64,000 nt of DNA from the NCBI GenBank assembly GCA_017405875.1, contig JAFQZM010000038.1, positions 89,261 through 153,260 of the forward strand. Direction: 5' to 3'. Below, piece by piece: positions 8,824 through 17,463 of the stretch (the first letter of the stretch is position 1; the number at the start of each line of letters is the position of its first letter). The stretch comes from a bacterium (GTDB lineage: Bacteria; UBP6; UBA1177). The notes below the pieces were generated by a model, which was not told the origin of the DNA, did no database searches, and saw only the letters and a program-made list of their open reading frames with translations. Position numbers and translations under genes: made by a program.

Positions 8824-11304
8824 CTACTGTTCCTTTTTGTAGATTACTTTTCTCGGTTTTGAGCCGTCTGCGGGAGTGACGATTCCTTCATCTTCAAATC
8901 TGTCAACGATTCTGGCTGCGCGGTTGTAGCCGAGTTTGAATTTGCGCTGAAGCATGCTTGCGCTGCATTCGCCGGTATTCATGATGTAGGCGAGGATTTC
9001 GTCGTAAAGCGGTTCATCGTCATTCGAGCCGCCGGAAGCATCACCTGTCGAGCCACCGCTTTTTCCGCCTTCGCTCTGGAAGTTTTCGAGAATGTCTTCG
9101 GGATGGTAGTCGCCGCCCGCTTCCTGTTTGATGAAGTCGATGACTGCTTCCATTTCAGGCGTGCTGACGAAAGCTCCGTGGATTCGCATCGGGATCGATG
9201 TGCCGGGCGCGATGTAGAGCATGTCGCCGTTTCCGAGCAGGGCGTCTGCGCCGTTCGTGTCGAGAATGACTCTCGAATCCATTGCTGATGCGACTTTGAA
9301 GGCGATTCTGACCGGAAGGTTACTTTTGATAAGTCCGGTAACGACATCCCTCGTCGGTTTCTGCGTTGCGATAATCAAGTGAATACCGACTGCTCTTGCT
9401 TTCTGCGCGATTCTGGCAACTGCGATTTCAACTTCTTTGCCTGCAACCATCATAAGGTCAGCGAACTCGTCAATAACGACGACGATAAACGGCATTTTTT
9501 TTAGGTGACTTTCTTCAGCAGCCAGATTTTTATTGATTTCGTTGATTTTCTGATTGTATTCGCCGATATCCTTGACTTTGTTTTCAGCAAGTGTCCTGAA
9601 TCGGTTGTCCATTTCCATGACCGCCCACTGGAGCGCCTTTGCCGCTTTTTTGCTGTCGACAACGACCGGAAGAAGCATGTGCGGGATACCTTCGTACATG
9701 TTGAACTCGTTTCCTTTCGGGTCGATCATGATGAATTTGACTTCATCAGGCGTGAGAGTGTAGAGAAGGGAGATAATGAAACTGTTTATGCCGACCGATT
9801 TTCCGCTTCCCGTCGTTCCTGCGACAAGTACGTGCGGCATTTTGTTGAGGTTTGCGGCACACGGTTTGCCCGCGACATCAAGTCCCAAAGCTATCGGCAG
9901 ACCTTTGGTAGACGCGGTTTTGAAAACCGGACTTTCGATAATCGACTTGAGTCTGATGGTGAGCCTTTCCTCATTGGGAATTTCGATTCCGATGTAAGGT
10001 TTGCCGGGAATGAAACCGACGACGCGCACTTCTTTTCCGCTGACTGCGACGGTGAGATCTTTCGCCATTCCTTCGACCTGACTGACTTTGACGCCTTCGC
10101 CGAGCTCGATTTCGTACATCGTGACGACGGGGCCTATCGTTGCGCCGTGGACTTTGACTTTTATTTTGTGCTCAAGGAGCTTTCTTTCGATGATAAGTCC
10201 GGTGTTGCTGACTTCCTGCTCCCTTTTTTCGGAAGTTTCGAGGTCTTCGCCAGGAACGAGAAGCGATACGTCGGGCAGATGGTAGTCTTTGAGTTTTCTC
10301 AAAACAGAAGTTGTCGCAATTGTCTGGTTAAGTTCGCTCGTAACGACTTCTATCTGTTCGTGATGTTCTTCCCCTGCTTCTTCTTTTTGAGGAATTTCTT
10401 CAATGTTTTCAAGTTCTTTTGCTTCGTTAGTCTCTTCCGGAATTTTTACCGGAATTTCTTCGGGCTTTTCTTCCTGTTCTTCTTCGGGAATATTGTTGAA
10501 ATCGCTCATGCTGCTGATTTTGATTCTCGGCGGTTCAGGTTCTTCATCGGCAAGAGAAACGACTGACGGACCGTAGTTGTCGCTCTCGATTTCGTCTTCG
10601 ATCTCTTCCATCGATTTGCCTGAATTTATGCTGACATAGTTGTGATCGTCATTTTTTTCTTTCTTTTCTTCCGGCTCATTTTGACTCTCTTCAATCGTGT
10701 CATCCGGTCTGTTGTCGGTAAAAAACTCTTTCAGAATAAGAGCAATTTTTGCACAGAATTTGAAGAAACTTACGTGGAATGTAAGGATCATAAAAAGTAT
10801 CGCCCAGCAGACGAAAATAAGTATGAAACCGGTTCTTCCGATATAGATTTCAAAAAATTTCTGATATAGAAAATGCCCTGCGTAATTTGCCTTGCTTGAA
10901 GAAAAAGTGTCTGTTATCATTGATAAAAATGGAAGCAGAATGACAAAGTTCACGAGGTTGAGCAGAATATGCTTCCAAAGTTTCTTCTTTAGGAAAAAAA
11001 TCGTGACAAAGGCGATGATCCCGAGTGGAATATAGAAAGAAACGATGCCGAAAAGGTTGTCAAGAAGGTGTGCGCAGTCATAACCGAGCGAGCCCGTGAA
11101 AAAATTCTCCTGAATCATTTTATGCCCGGAAGCTCTGGCGGAATAGTATGAAACGAGTGAAATCAGCGTGAAGATCGTCGGAACCGCCAGAATGCAGGTC
11201 ACTATCTCACCGGTGTATGAATTTTTGTCGACGGTTTTGACTTCTTTCGTATCTTTTGTTTTTTTCGGTTTCTGCGTTTCTGTAGTTTTATTTTTCTGCG
11301 ACAC
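8824..11304 (-). CDS. ftsK: DNA translocase FtsK
   Basis: N-terminal TM helices, acidic linker, MPHVLVAGTTGSGKS, IDEFADLMM, QKARAVGIHLIIATQKP, gamma domain SASMLQRKFKLGYNRAARI. GTG 11304 has a GGAG RBS. Confidence 0.96.
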   Translation of the reverse strand: MSQKNKTTETQKPKKTKDTKEVKTVDKNSYTGEIVTCILAVPTIFTLISLVSYYSARASGHKMIQENFFTGSLGYDCAHLLDNLFGIVSFYIPLGIIAFVTIFFLKKKLWKHILLNLVNFVILLPFLSMITDTFSSSKANYAGHFLYQKFFEIYIGRTGFILIFVCWAILFMILTFHVSFFKFCAKIALILKEFFTDNRPDDTIEESQNEPEEKKEKNDDHNYVSINSGKSMEEIEDEIESDNYGPSVVSLADEEPEPPRIKISSMSDFNNIPEEEQEEKPEEIPVKIPEETNEAKELENIEEIPQKEEAGEEHHEQIEVVTSELNQTIATTSVLRKLKDYHLPDVSLLVPGEDLETSEKREQEVSNTGLIIERKLLEHKIKVKVHGATIGPVVTMYEIELGEGVKVSQVEGMAKDLTVAVSGKEVRVVGFIPGKPYIGIEIPNEERLTIRLKSIIESPVFKTASTKGLPIALGLDVAGKPCAANLNKMPHVLVAGTTGSGKSVGINSFIISLLYTLTPDEVKFIMIDPKGNEFNMYEGIPHMLLPVVVDSKKAAKALQWAVMEMDNRFRTLAENKVKDIGEYNQKINEINKNLAAEESHLKKMPFIVVVIDEFADLMMVAGKEVEIAVARIAQKARAVGIHLIIATQKPTRDVVTGLIKSNLPVRIAFKVASAMDSRVILDTNGADALLGNGDMLYIAPGTSIPMRIHGAFVSTPEMEAVIDFIKQEAGGDYHPEDILENFQSEGGKSGGSTGDASGGSNDDEPLYDEILAYIMNTGECSASMLQRKFKLGYNRAARIVDRFEDEGIVTPADGSKPRKVIYKKEQ

Positions 11305-12859
11305 GGTAAACTCCGATTGAAAGTGTTTTATCAAAATTTTTATATTCTTTGTCGTAAAGCGACATCAATCTGCTTTCGTTGGAAAGGGCGGTTTTGACCG
11401 AAACCGATCCCCAGCTGTCGCCCTCACCGATTTTTTCAAGCATTTTGTGGATAGTCTCAAAACCTTTTCCGGCAAGAGATTTTTCGATTTTTTCAAGCGT
11501 TTCTTCTGCATTTACGCTGCGGAGAACGAAAGTGACGATCGAGGTATCGTTTATTTCAGGATCGCCGAAAAGCGCTTTAAAGCCTGAAACTTCCGAAATA
11601 TCTGCGACAGAAGTCGATTCTTTTATTGTTCCACCCGAAAAAAGGTAGAGATTTTCAGGCATTTTACCCGAAATCATGACGTTTCCTGAACTGAAAAACG
11701 AATCCCTGACTGCTTCAAAATCGACAAACTGCTTTTTGTTTTCGAGGTTTTTGCCGCCTAAAAAAGTTTTGTCTGCAAACACAAGTTTTTTTGCGATTTT
11801 GAGTGAGAGAAGGTTTGCGTACATAGTGTCGGGATAGGTTTCAAGCTGCCTTTCAGAAGAAATCACCCACAAAAAAAGCGATTCGGGATCGTTAATTTCA
11901 GTCGAAAATCCGAGTTCTCCTGAAAAAAGATAAAGCTGCGGGATCACTGAAGATGCTGCAAAATTCGGTGAGTAGAATGAGCCGCTTTCAAAAGGAAGTT
12001 TGTGGCTCTGAGCAAGAGAGTAGAGGTATTTCAGCGCGACTTCTTCAGAAACTGCAAGATTTGCCGCACCTGAGTTGAAAATTATCGCGTTTCTGCCGTT
12101 TTCGAGAACTGTTTTTCCTGCTTCGGTTTTCTTCCAGCCGCTTTTTTTCACGCCGACTTCCGCTTTTTCGTTTCCGCACAAAGTAAAAACAGCAAAATCG
12201 CCTGGAAGCGGTTTGACTGTGTTTTCAAAGTCGATTGAGGAGTAGAGGAAAAGGGCTATTTTCCATCTTCCCTGAATGTCGGCCGGAATGTTGAGGATGA
12301 TTCCGTTACCGTTATCGGTGCCGAAAGAGTGCTTTACTCCGATATTTTCGAGATAGTGCGAAAGGTAAAGCATTTTTGCGTTCCAGCCTTTGAAGGAAAG
12401 CCCTTCTTCGTAAGTTTCAGCTGCCTTAAGTTTATCTGTAAAGCGTGTTTCGTCGTGGATCTTTTTTATTGTTTTGCCTGAATTTTTTATTCCGTAAAGT
12501 GAGGCGCTTTCTTTTTTGAAAAACGCTTTCAAAAGATAGTCTGCAATTTCATTCTGCGTGTTTCCGGTGGAGTCGGCTGAAAAATCAGGCTCTTTATCCA
12601 GAAACCAGCAGCTTTTTGAAAGCGTTGATTTGCTGCTTAAAACACTGATCCCGTTTTTTGAAAGCATTTGCGAATAACTTTCCGCCGCCTTTTCGATATC
12701 GCTCAAAACGGCATTTGACGGCAGTTTTGAAAAGTAGAAGCAGAGTTCGTAAAAATCGGTCGAATCCTCTTTTTCGACTTTGTCGTTTTTGCTGCAGCAG
12801 ACGAAAAAAAGTGTCGCCAAAAAGAGAAAAAGCAAAATTCTTTTGATTAGTAGTTCCAT
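11288..12859 (-). CDS. Hypothetical lipoprotein
   Basis: 523-aa ORF with lipobox-like LFFVCC; overlaps the ptsI stop and the ftsK start. Confidence 0.6.
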   Translation of the reverse strand: MELLIKRILLFLFLATLFFVCCSKNDKVEKEDSTDFYELCFYFSKLPSNAVLSDIEKAAESYSQMLSKNGISVLSSKSTLSKSCWFLDKEPDFSADSTGNTQNEIADYLLKAFFKKESASLYGIKNSGKTIKKIHDETRFTDKLKAAETYEEGLSFKGWNAKMLYLSHYLENIGVKHSFGTDNGNGIILNIPADIQGRWKIALFLYSSIDFENTVKPLPGDFAVFTLCGNEKAEVGVKKSGWKKTEAGKTVLENGRNAIIFNSGAANLAVSEEVALKYLYSLAQSHKLPFESGSFYSPNFAASSVIPQLYLFSGELGFSTEINDPESLFLWVISSERQLETYPDTMYANLLSLKIAKKLVFADKTFLGGKNLENKKQFVDFEAVRDSFFSSGNVMISGKMPENLYLFSGGTIKESTSVADISEVSGFKALFGDPEINDTSIVTFVLRSVNAEETLEKIEKSLAGKGFETIHKMLEKIGEGDSWGSVSVKTALSNESRLMSLYDKEYKNFDKTLSIGVYRVAEK

Positions 12860-14595
12860 TCTTTCTTGAATATATTCGGGTATTTATCAACCATGCAGCG
12901 TTTGAGGAGTTCTATTACTTCCTCTCTGTCTTTTGCCGCCATCATGAGCGAAAGGATCTCTTCTCCTTCACGCAGGTATCCGCATTTTATAATCTTTTTT
13001 ATTATCGGGATCGATGCCGGATTCATACTGAGCGCGTCTATTCCCATAGCAAGGAAAAGAAGCGGCAGGTAAGGGTCGCTCGCCATTTCGCCGCAGATAT
13101 TCACCGGTTTGTTTTTTGCCTTTGCGACAGTAACTATCTGGTTTATTACTCTGAGAACAGCCGGATGGTAGTATGAAAAATAGTCGGATGAAAACTGATC
13201 CTTTCTTTCGACCGCCATTAAATACTGGATGAGGTCGTTTGTTCCGATGCTGAAAAAATCGACTTCATCGGCAATTTTTTCGATTATGAAAACCGATGCC
13301 GGAACCTCTATCATCGCGCCGATCCTGATGCTTTTGAGGTTTTCCGAAAGTCCCATATCTCCGGCTGTTTTGTAGAGGAGATTTCTGAAATCGTCGACTT
13401 CGTGAGTCGTGCTGACAAAGGGAAGAAGAATGTCCAGGTTTCCGAGTTTTGCTGCTCTGACAAGTGCTCTTATCTGCGGAATGAAAACGTCGGGACGCCC
13501 TTTACAGAGCCTGATCCCGCGCATTCCCATAAAGCCTTTTGTGACTATCGCACCGCTTTTGTCTTCGCCGAAATCGAAAATTCTTATCGCGGCTCTAAGC
13601 GGCAGAGCCTGATGCAGCACCTGATAGTAAACATCGTAGTGAGCGTCTTCGGAAGGGATCTCGCCGTCTTTTGAAAACATGAGTTCCGTTCTGAAAAGAC
13701 CGATAAATTCGCCGCCGTATTTTTTGACGAAATCGACTTCGCCTGTCTGGTCTATGTTGCCTCCGACTCTAAGTCTGCGGTTGTCACGCGATATTGAAGG
13801 AGTCGAAATATCTTCCAGAAAGCGTGCAAAGTAGCTTTTGAATTCGTCAGCCTTGCGAAGAGCGTTGTTTATTTCATCGGCTGCCGGCCTGAGAACGACG
13901 CGCCCTTTGAAGCCGTTGACGATGAGCATGTCGCCGTAGTCAAGCAGATGAATGAGGTCGGGAACGCCCATGACTGCAGGGATTTCAAGCGAACGGAGCA
14001 CCATCGTCAAGTGGCTGACTCCGCCCGGAGATTCAAGAACTATTCCCTTGACATTCGGATTTTTGGAAAGGACGTGAAGTTCATCTACGGTCAGATTTTT
14101 TGCACAGACTATGAAATCTTCGTCGGGAAGCCTGTTCAGAACAGAGTGAGTGCCGCCCGTAAGTTCCGAAACCAGTTTGTCGCGGATAACTTCCCAGTCT
14201 GCGATTTTTGCTTTGACGTAGTAGTCGGTCGTATTCTGGTCAAGCACCGAAATGAGTTTGTCGAAAACTCCGAGCACTGCCCATTCGGCGTTGATCCTGC
14301 TTGATTTTATCATGTTTCCGACCATGTCCGAAAGGGTGGGGTCGGTGAGCATCATTTTGTGCGCTTCAAGGATGGACGCGGTTTCCGAGCCGATATTCTT
14401 CTGCGATAAAATGTTTTCCAGTTCGCGTTCCGAAGCTGTTACGGCTGATTGAAAGCGTTCGATTTCATATGGGATTTCTTCAATTTTCAGGTCAATGTGC
14501 GGGATTTTGGAATATTTGCGGTCAATAAAGAAAAGTTTTCCCGCGCCTATTCCGCCGCAGACTTTTTCACCCTGAAGTTCAAGCCTTTCCCGCAA
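12847..14595 (-). CDS. ptsI: PTS enzyme I (PEP-protein phosphotransferase)
   Basis: Phospho-His motif GGVSHLTMVLRSLEIPAVMG; GLFRTE, MIEVP, FSIGTNDLIQY, ICGEMA. Confidence 0.95.
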   Translation of the reverse strand: MRERLELQGEKVCGGIGAGKLFFIDRKYSKIPHIDLKIEEIPYEIERFQSAVTASERELENILSQKNIGSETASILEAHKMMLTDPTLSDMVGNMIKSSRINAEWAVLGVFDKLISVLDQNTTDYYVKAKIADWEVIRDKLVSELTGGTHSVLNRLPDEDFIVCAKNLTVDELHVLSKNPNVKGIVLESPGGVSHLTMVLRSLEIPAVMGVPDLIHLLDYGDMLIVNGFKGRVVLRPAADEINNALRKADEFKSYFARFLEDISTPSISRDNRRLRVGGNIDQTGEVDFVKKYGGEFIGLFRTELMFSKDGEIPSEDAHYDVYYQVLHQALPLRAAIRIFDFGEDKSGAIVTKGFMGMRGIRLCKGRPDVFIPQIRALVRAAKLGNLDILLPFVSTTHEVDDFRNLLYKTAGDMGLSENLKSIRIGAMIEVPASVFIIEKIADEVDFFSIGTNDLIQYLMAVERKDQFSSDYFSYYHPAVLRVINQIVTVAKAKNKPVNICGEMASDPYLPLLFLAMGIDALSMNPASIPIIKKIIKCGYLREGEEILSLMMAAKDREEVIELLKRCMVDKYPNIFKKEWNY

Positions 14596-14862
14596 TTATT
14601 CTTCCCCGAATTTTGTTTCGACAAGTTGTGTGAGAGCCTTCAGACACTCTTCTTCCGATTCGCCGTTCGTGCTTATTTTAACGGTGGAGCCGAGCGGAGC
14701 TGCCAGCATGAGGATTCCCATGATGCTTTTTGCATTAACGCGGATTCCGTCTTTTTCCATCTCTACTCCGCATTTGAATTTTTCGGCAGTTTTAACAAAA
14801 AGGCTGGCTGCACGCGCATGAAGACCGAGTTTGTTTTGTATCGTAAGTTCAACTTCTCTCAT
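14596..14862 (-). CDS. ptsH: Phosphocarrier protein HPr
   Basis: GLHARAA (His15) and NAKSIMGILML (Ser46). Confidence 0.97.
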   Translation of the reverse strand: MREVELTIQNKLGLHARAASLFVKTAEKFKCGVEMEKDGIRVNAKSIMGILMLAAPLGSTVKISTNGESEEECLKALTQLVETKFGEE

Positions 14863-15287
14863 TTTGACTCTCTTTTTTCAAGAAGTTGTTTCGCGCCGGT
14901 GATATTCTGTCTTGCGCTGCGGATGATGCCGTCGACCATCGTTCTGATGTCGGAATCGTCATCCATGTGTTCAAGGCTGTACATAACCATCGAAAGGTTT
15001 ACGCCCGAAATGACGTCTACTTCCTCTTTTTTTGCAAGAGAAAGTGCGATGTTTGAAGGACTTCCGCCGAAAATATCAACTAAAATCAATACTTTATGAC
15101 CTTGTTTGATGAAGCTGTCTATCGTGTTTTCAAGATTCGTCTTCATCGAGTCGAGTTCCGTCACCATCGAAAATTCGATCGAAAAAAAGGCGGTCCTTTC
15201 TTTTACGTCAATGTCCATTATGCGTGAAGCAATGTTTAAAAGAGTGCTTCCGAGCTCTCCGTGAGTGATAAAAACAAAAGAGTACAT
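14859..15287 (-). CDS. PTS EIIA component, mannose family (stand-alone)
   Basis: ITHG phospho-His, DIFGGSPSN, ISGVNL. Confidence 0.9.
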   Translation of the reverse strand: MYSFVFITHGELGSTLLNIASRIMDIDVKERTAFFSIEFSMVTELDSMKTNLENTIDSFIKQGHKVLILVDIFGGSPSNIALSLAKKEEVDVISGVNLSMVMYSLEHMDDDSDIRTMVDGIIRSARQNITGAKQLLEKRESK

Positions 15288-16244
15288 TTAATTCCCCTTC
15301 AATCCTTTAAGTTTATTGTCCAATCTTTTTTCCATTTCTTTTGCCGCGAAAAATCCCATTTTTTTGAGAAGGTAGTCGCGGGCTATAGCTTCCATGAGCG
15401 AGCTTAAATTCGAGCCGTTGCGTACTGGAATTATGTAGTAGGCCTTTTTAACGCCCAGGATTTCGTAGTAGTTTATTTTGTCGCCGACGCGCTCATAGTC
15501 GAATTTGTGAATTTCTTCCCACGAAACTAAGCGGACGACGCAGTCGATCTCCTTTTCTGAATCGACCGAGGTTATTCCGAACATCTGCTGAAGATCGACC
15601 AGACCGATGCCTCTGATTTCGATGAAGTTGCGCCCGATCTCGTTGCAGCTTCCGATAAGTCTGTTAGGCGAGAGGCGCCTGATTTCGACAAAGTCATCGG
15701 CAATGAGTTTGTGACCGCGCATGACGAGATCCAAACTGGTTTCGCTTTTTCCGACTCCGCTTTCACCCATGATGAGCATCCCGACACTTAAAACATCGAT
15801 AAGCTGCGCGTGAAGCGAAACTGTAGGTGCTAATGCTGTATTCAGAATGTCTCTCACATAGTCGGTGAAAACGCTTGAAATCATCGTGGTCGACATCAGC
15901 GGAACATTGTATTTGCGGGCTATTTCCTTGAACTGATCCGTCGGTTTCTCAGGGTGTGTGAAAATTACGAGGATCGGTTTTTCCTTGAGAAAAGTTTCGG
16001 ACATCTCAAGCTGCTCATCCATCGGCAGAGTGCGGAGATAGTCCATTTCGCTCTTTCCGAAAAGCTGGATCCTGTTTTTGTAGAGATGGGCTACAAAACC
16101 TGCGATAGAAAGACCGACGACCTGAACTTTGCTTTCGGTAAGTTCGATTTTTTTCATTTCATCTTCGCTCATGTTTTCGAGCGAAAGTTCAAGCTGAGTA
16201 TTTTTCAGCAGATCGTAAAGAGTGTAAAAAGCGGGTCCCGGCAT
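15288..16244 (-). CDS. hprK: HPr(Ser) kinase/phosphorylase
   Basis: LIMGESGVGKSETSLDLVMRGHKLIADD, FIEIRGIGLVD, IPVRNGSNL. Confidence 0.95.
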   Translation of the reverse strand: MPGPAFYTLYDLLKNTQLELSLENMSEDEMKKIELTESKVQVVGLSIAGFVAHLYKNRIQLFGKSEMDYLRTLPMDEQLEMSETFLKEKPILVIFTHPEKPTDQFKEIARKYNVPLMSTTMISSVFTDYVRDILNTALAPTVSLHAQLIDVLSVGMLIMGESGVGKSETSLDLVMRGHKLIADDFVEIRRLSPNRLIGSCNEIGRNFIEIRGIGLVDLQQMFGITSVDSEKEIDCVVRLVSWEEIHKFDYERVGDKINYYEILGVKKAYYIIPVRNGSNLSSLMEAIARDYLLKKMGFFAAKEMEKRLDNKLKGLKGN

Positions 16245-16261
16245 GGCTAAAAAAATCTAAG

Positions 16262-17281
16262 TTAGAATTGTTTGAGGAAACGCAGATCGCCTGCATGGAA
16301 ATGGCGGATATCGTCAATTCCGTATTTCATCATCGTAAGTCTTTCGATACCGCCGCCGAATGCAAATCCCGAATAAATTTCAGGGTCGATTCCGCAGTTT
16401 TTCAAAACCTGCGGGTGGATCATTCCGCAGCCCAAATATTCGATCCAGCCAGTCTGCTTGCATACGCTGCAGCCTTTGCCTTTGCAGATCCTGCATTTGA
16501 AATCAAGTTCAAAACCGGGTTCGACGAAGGGGAAGAAGGAAGGTCTGAGTCTGATTTCGACATCTTCGCCGAAAATGCTCGAAACGATCTGCTTCAGCGT
16601 GAAAATAAGGTGCGAAACGGTGATTCCCTTGTCAACGACCAAGCCTTCGCACTGATGGAACGAGTGTTCGTGGCTCGCGTCAACTGCTTCGTTTCTGTAT
16701 GTTTTGCCCGGGCAGACGAATTTGATGGGCGGCTTCTTTGCAAGCATTCCGCGGATCTGTACCGGCGAAGTCTGGCTGCGGAGAAGTTTTCCGTTCTTGA
16801 GCCAGAAAGTGTCCTGCGAATCTCTCGCCGGATGGTCTTCCGGAATGTTGAGCGCGTTGAAGTTGTAGTATTCTTCTTCCATTTCGGGACCGTCCAAAAT
16901 ATCGAAACCCATCGAAATGAAAAGGTCTTCAAGTTCCTTTCTGACGATCGAAAGCGGGTGGATCGAACCCTGAACAGGCGTTTCCGGCCAAGAGATGTCG
17001 CTCCATTCGTTCTCGACTTTCGCATTGATTTCGGCAACTTCCAGCTCTTTAGCCTTTTTCGCGATCGCAGCTTCAAAATCGTTTTTAACATTGTTGATAA
17101 GCTGACCGATCTCTTTTCTCGCCTCGGCCTGAAGGTCTTTCATGTCCTTCATCATAGCGGTGAACTCACCTTTTTTGCCGAGAACGGCGACTCTGAGCTG
17201 CTCAAGAGCGTCCTTTTTGTTGACCTCGCTTATTTTCGCGTTGAAACTCTCTTTCAGAGCCTCTATCTTTTCTTTCATCAT
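16262..17281 (-). CDS. pheS: Phenylalanine--tRNA ligase alpha subunit
   Basis: HPARDSQDTF, LRSQTSPVQ, PSFFPFVEPG, GFAFGGGIERL. Confidence 0.97.
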   Translation of the reverse strand: MMKEKIEALKESFNAKISEVNKKDALEQLRVAVLGKKGEFTAMMKDMKDLQAEARKEIGQLINNVKNDFEAAIAKKAKELEVAEINAKVENEWSDISWPETPVQGSIHPLSIVRKELEDLFISMGFDILDGPEMEEEYYNFNALNIPEDHPARDSQDTFWLKNGKLLRSQTSPVQIRGMLAKKPPIKFVCPGKTYRNEAVDASHEHSFHQCEGLVVDKGITVSHLIFTLKQIVSSIFGEDVEIRLRPSFFPFVEPGFELDFKCRICKGKGCSVCKQTGWIEYLGCGMIHPQVLKNCGIDPEIYSGFAFGGGIERLTMMKYGIDDIRHFHAGDLRFLKQF

Positions 17282-17463
17282 GACTCCCACCTATAAAATT
17301 TAAAAAAACAATTAAAGTTGTGCCTCGCACGGGCGGGAACTTTACTGATAAATGAAAAATTTTCAAGGATAACTAAATTTTTTTATAATTTTGTGCTATA
17401 AGCGCCTGTTTTTTGTTGGTTGAAGTGTTTTTGGAAAAATTTTTATAGATTTTGGAGGTCTTT

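Noticed and set aside
16268-17296. 342-aa antisense ORF exactly in register with pheS (reminiscent of the Rodin-Ohno sense/antisense synthetase idea)
   Set aside because: In-register antisense frames stay open when the sense gene avoids TTA/CTA/TCA codons. The same shadows occur opposite ftsK (9505-10566) and the PPDK-like gene (18463-19464, 20341-21387). The product has no recognisable motif.
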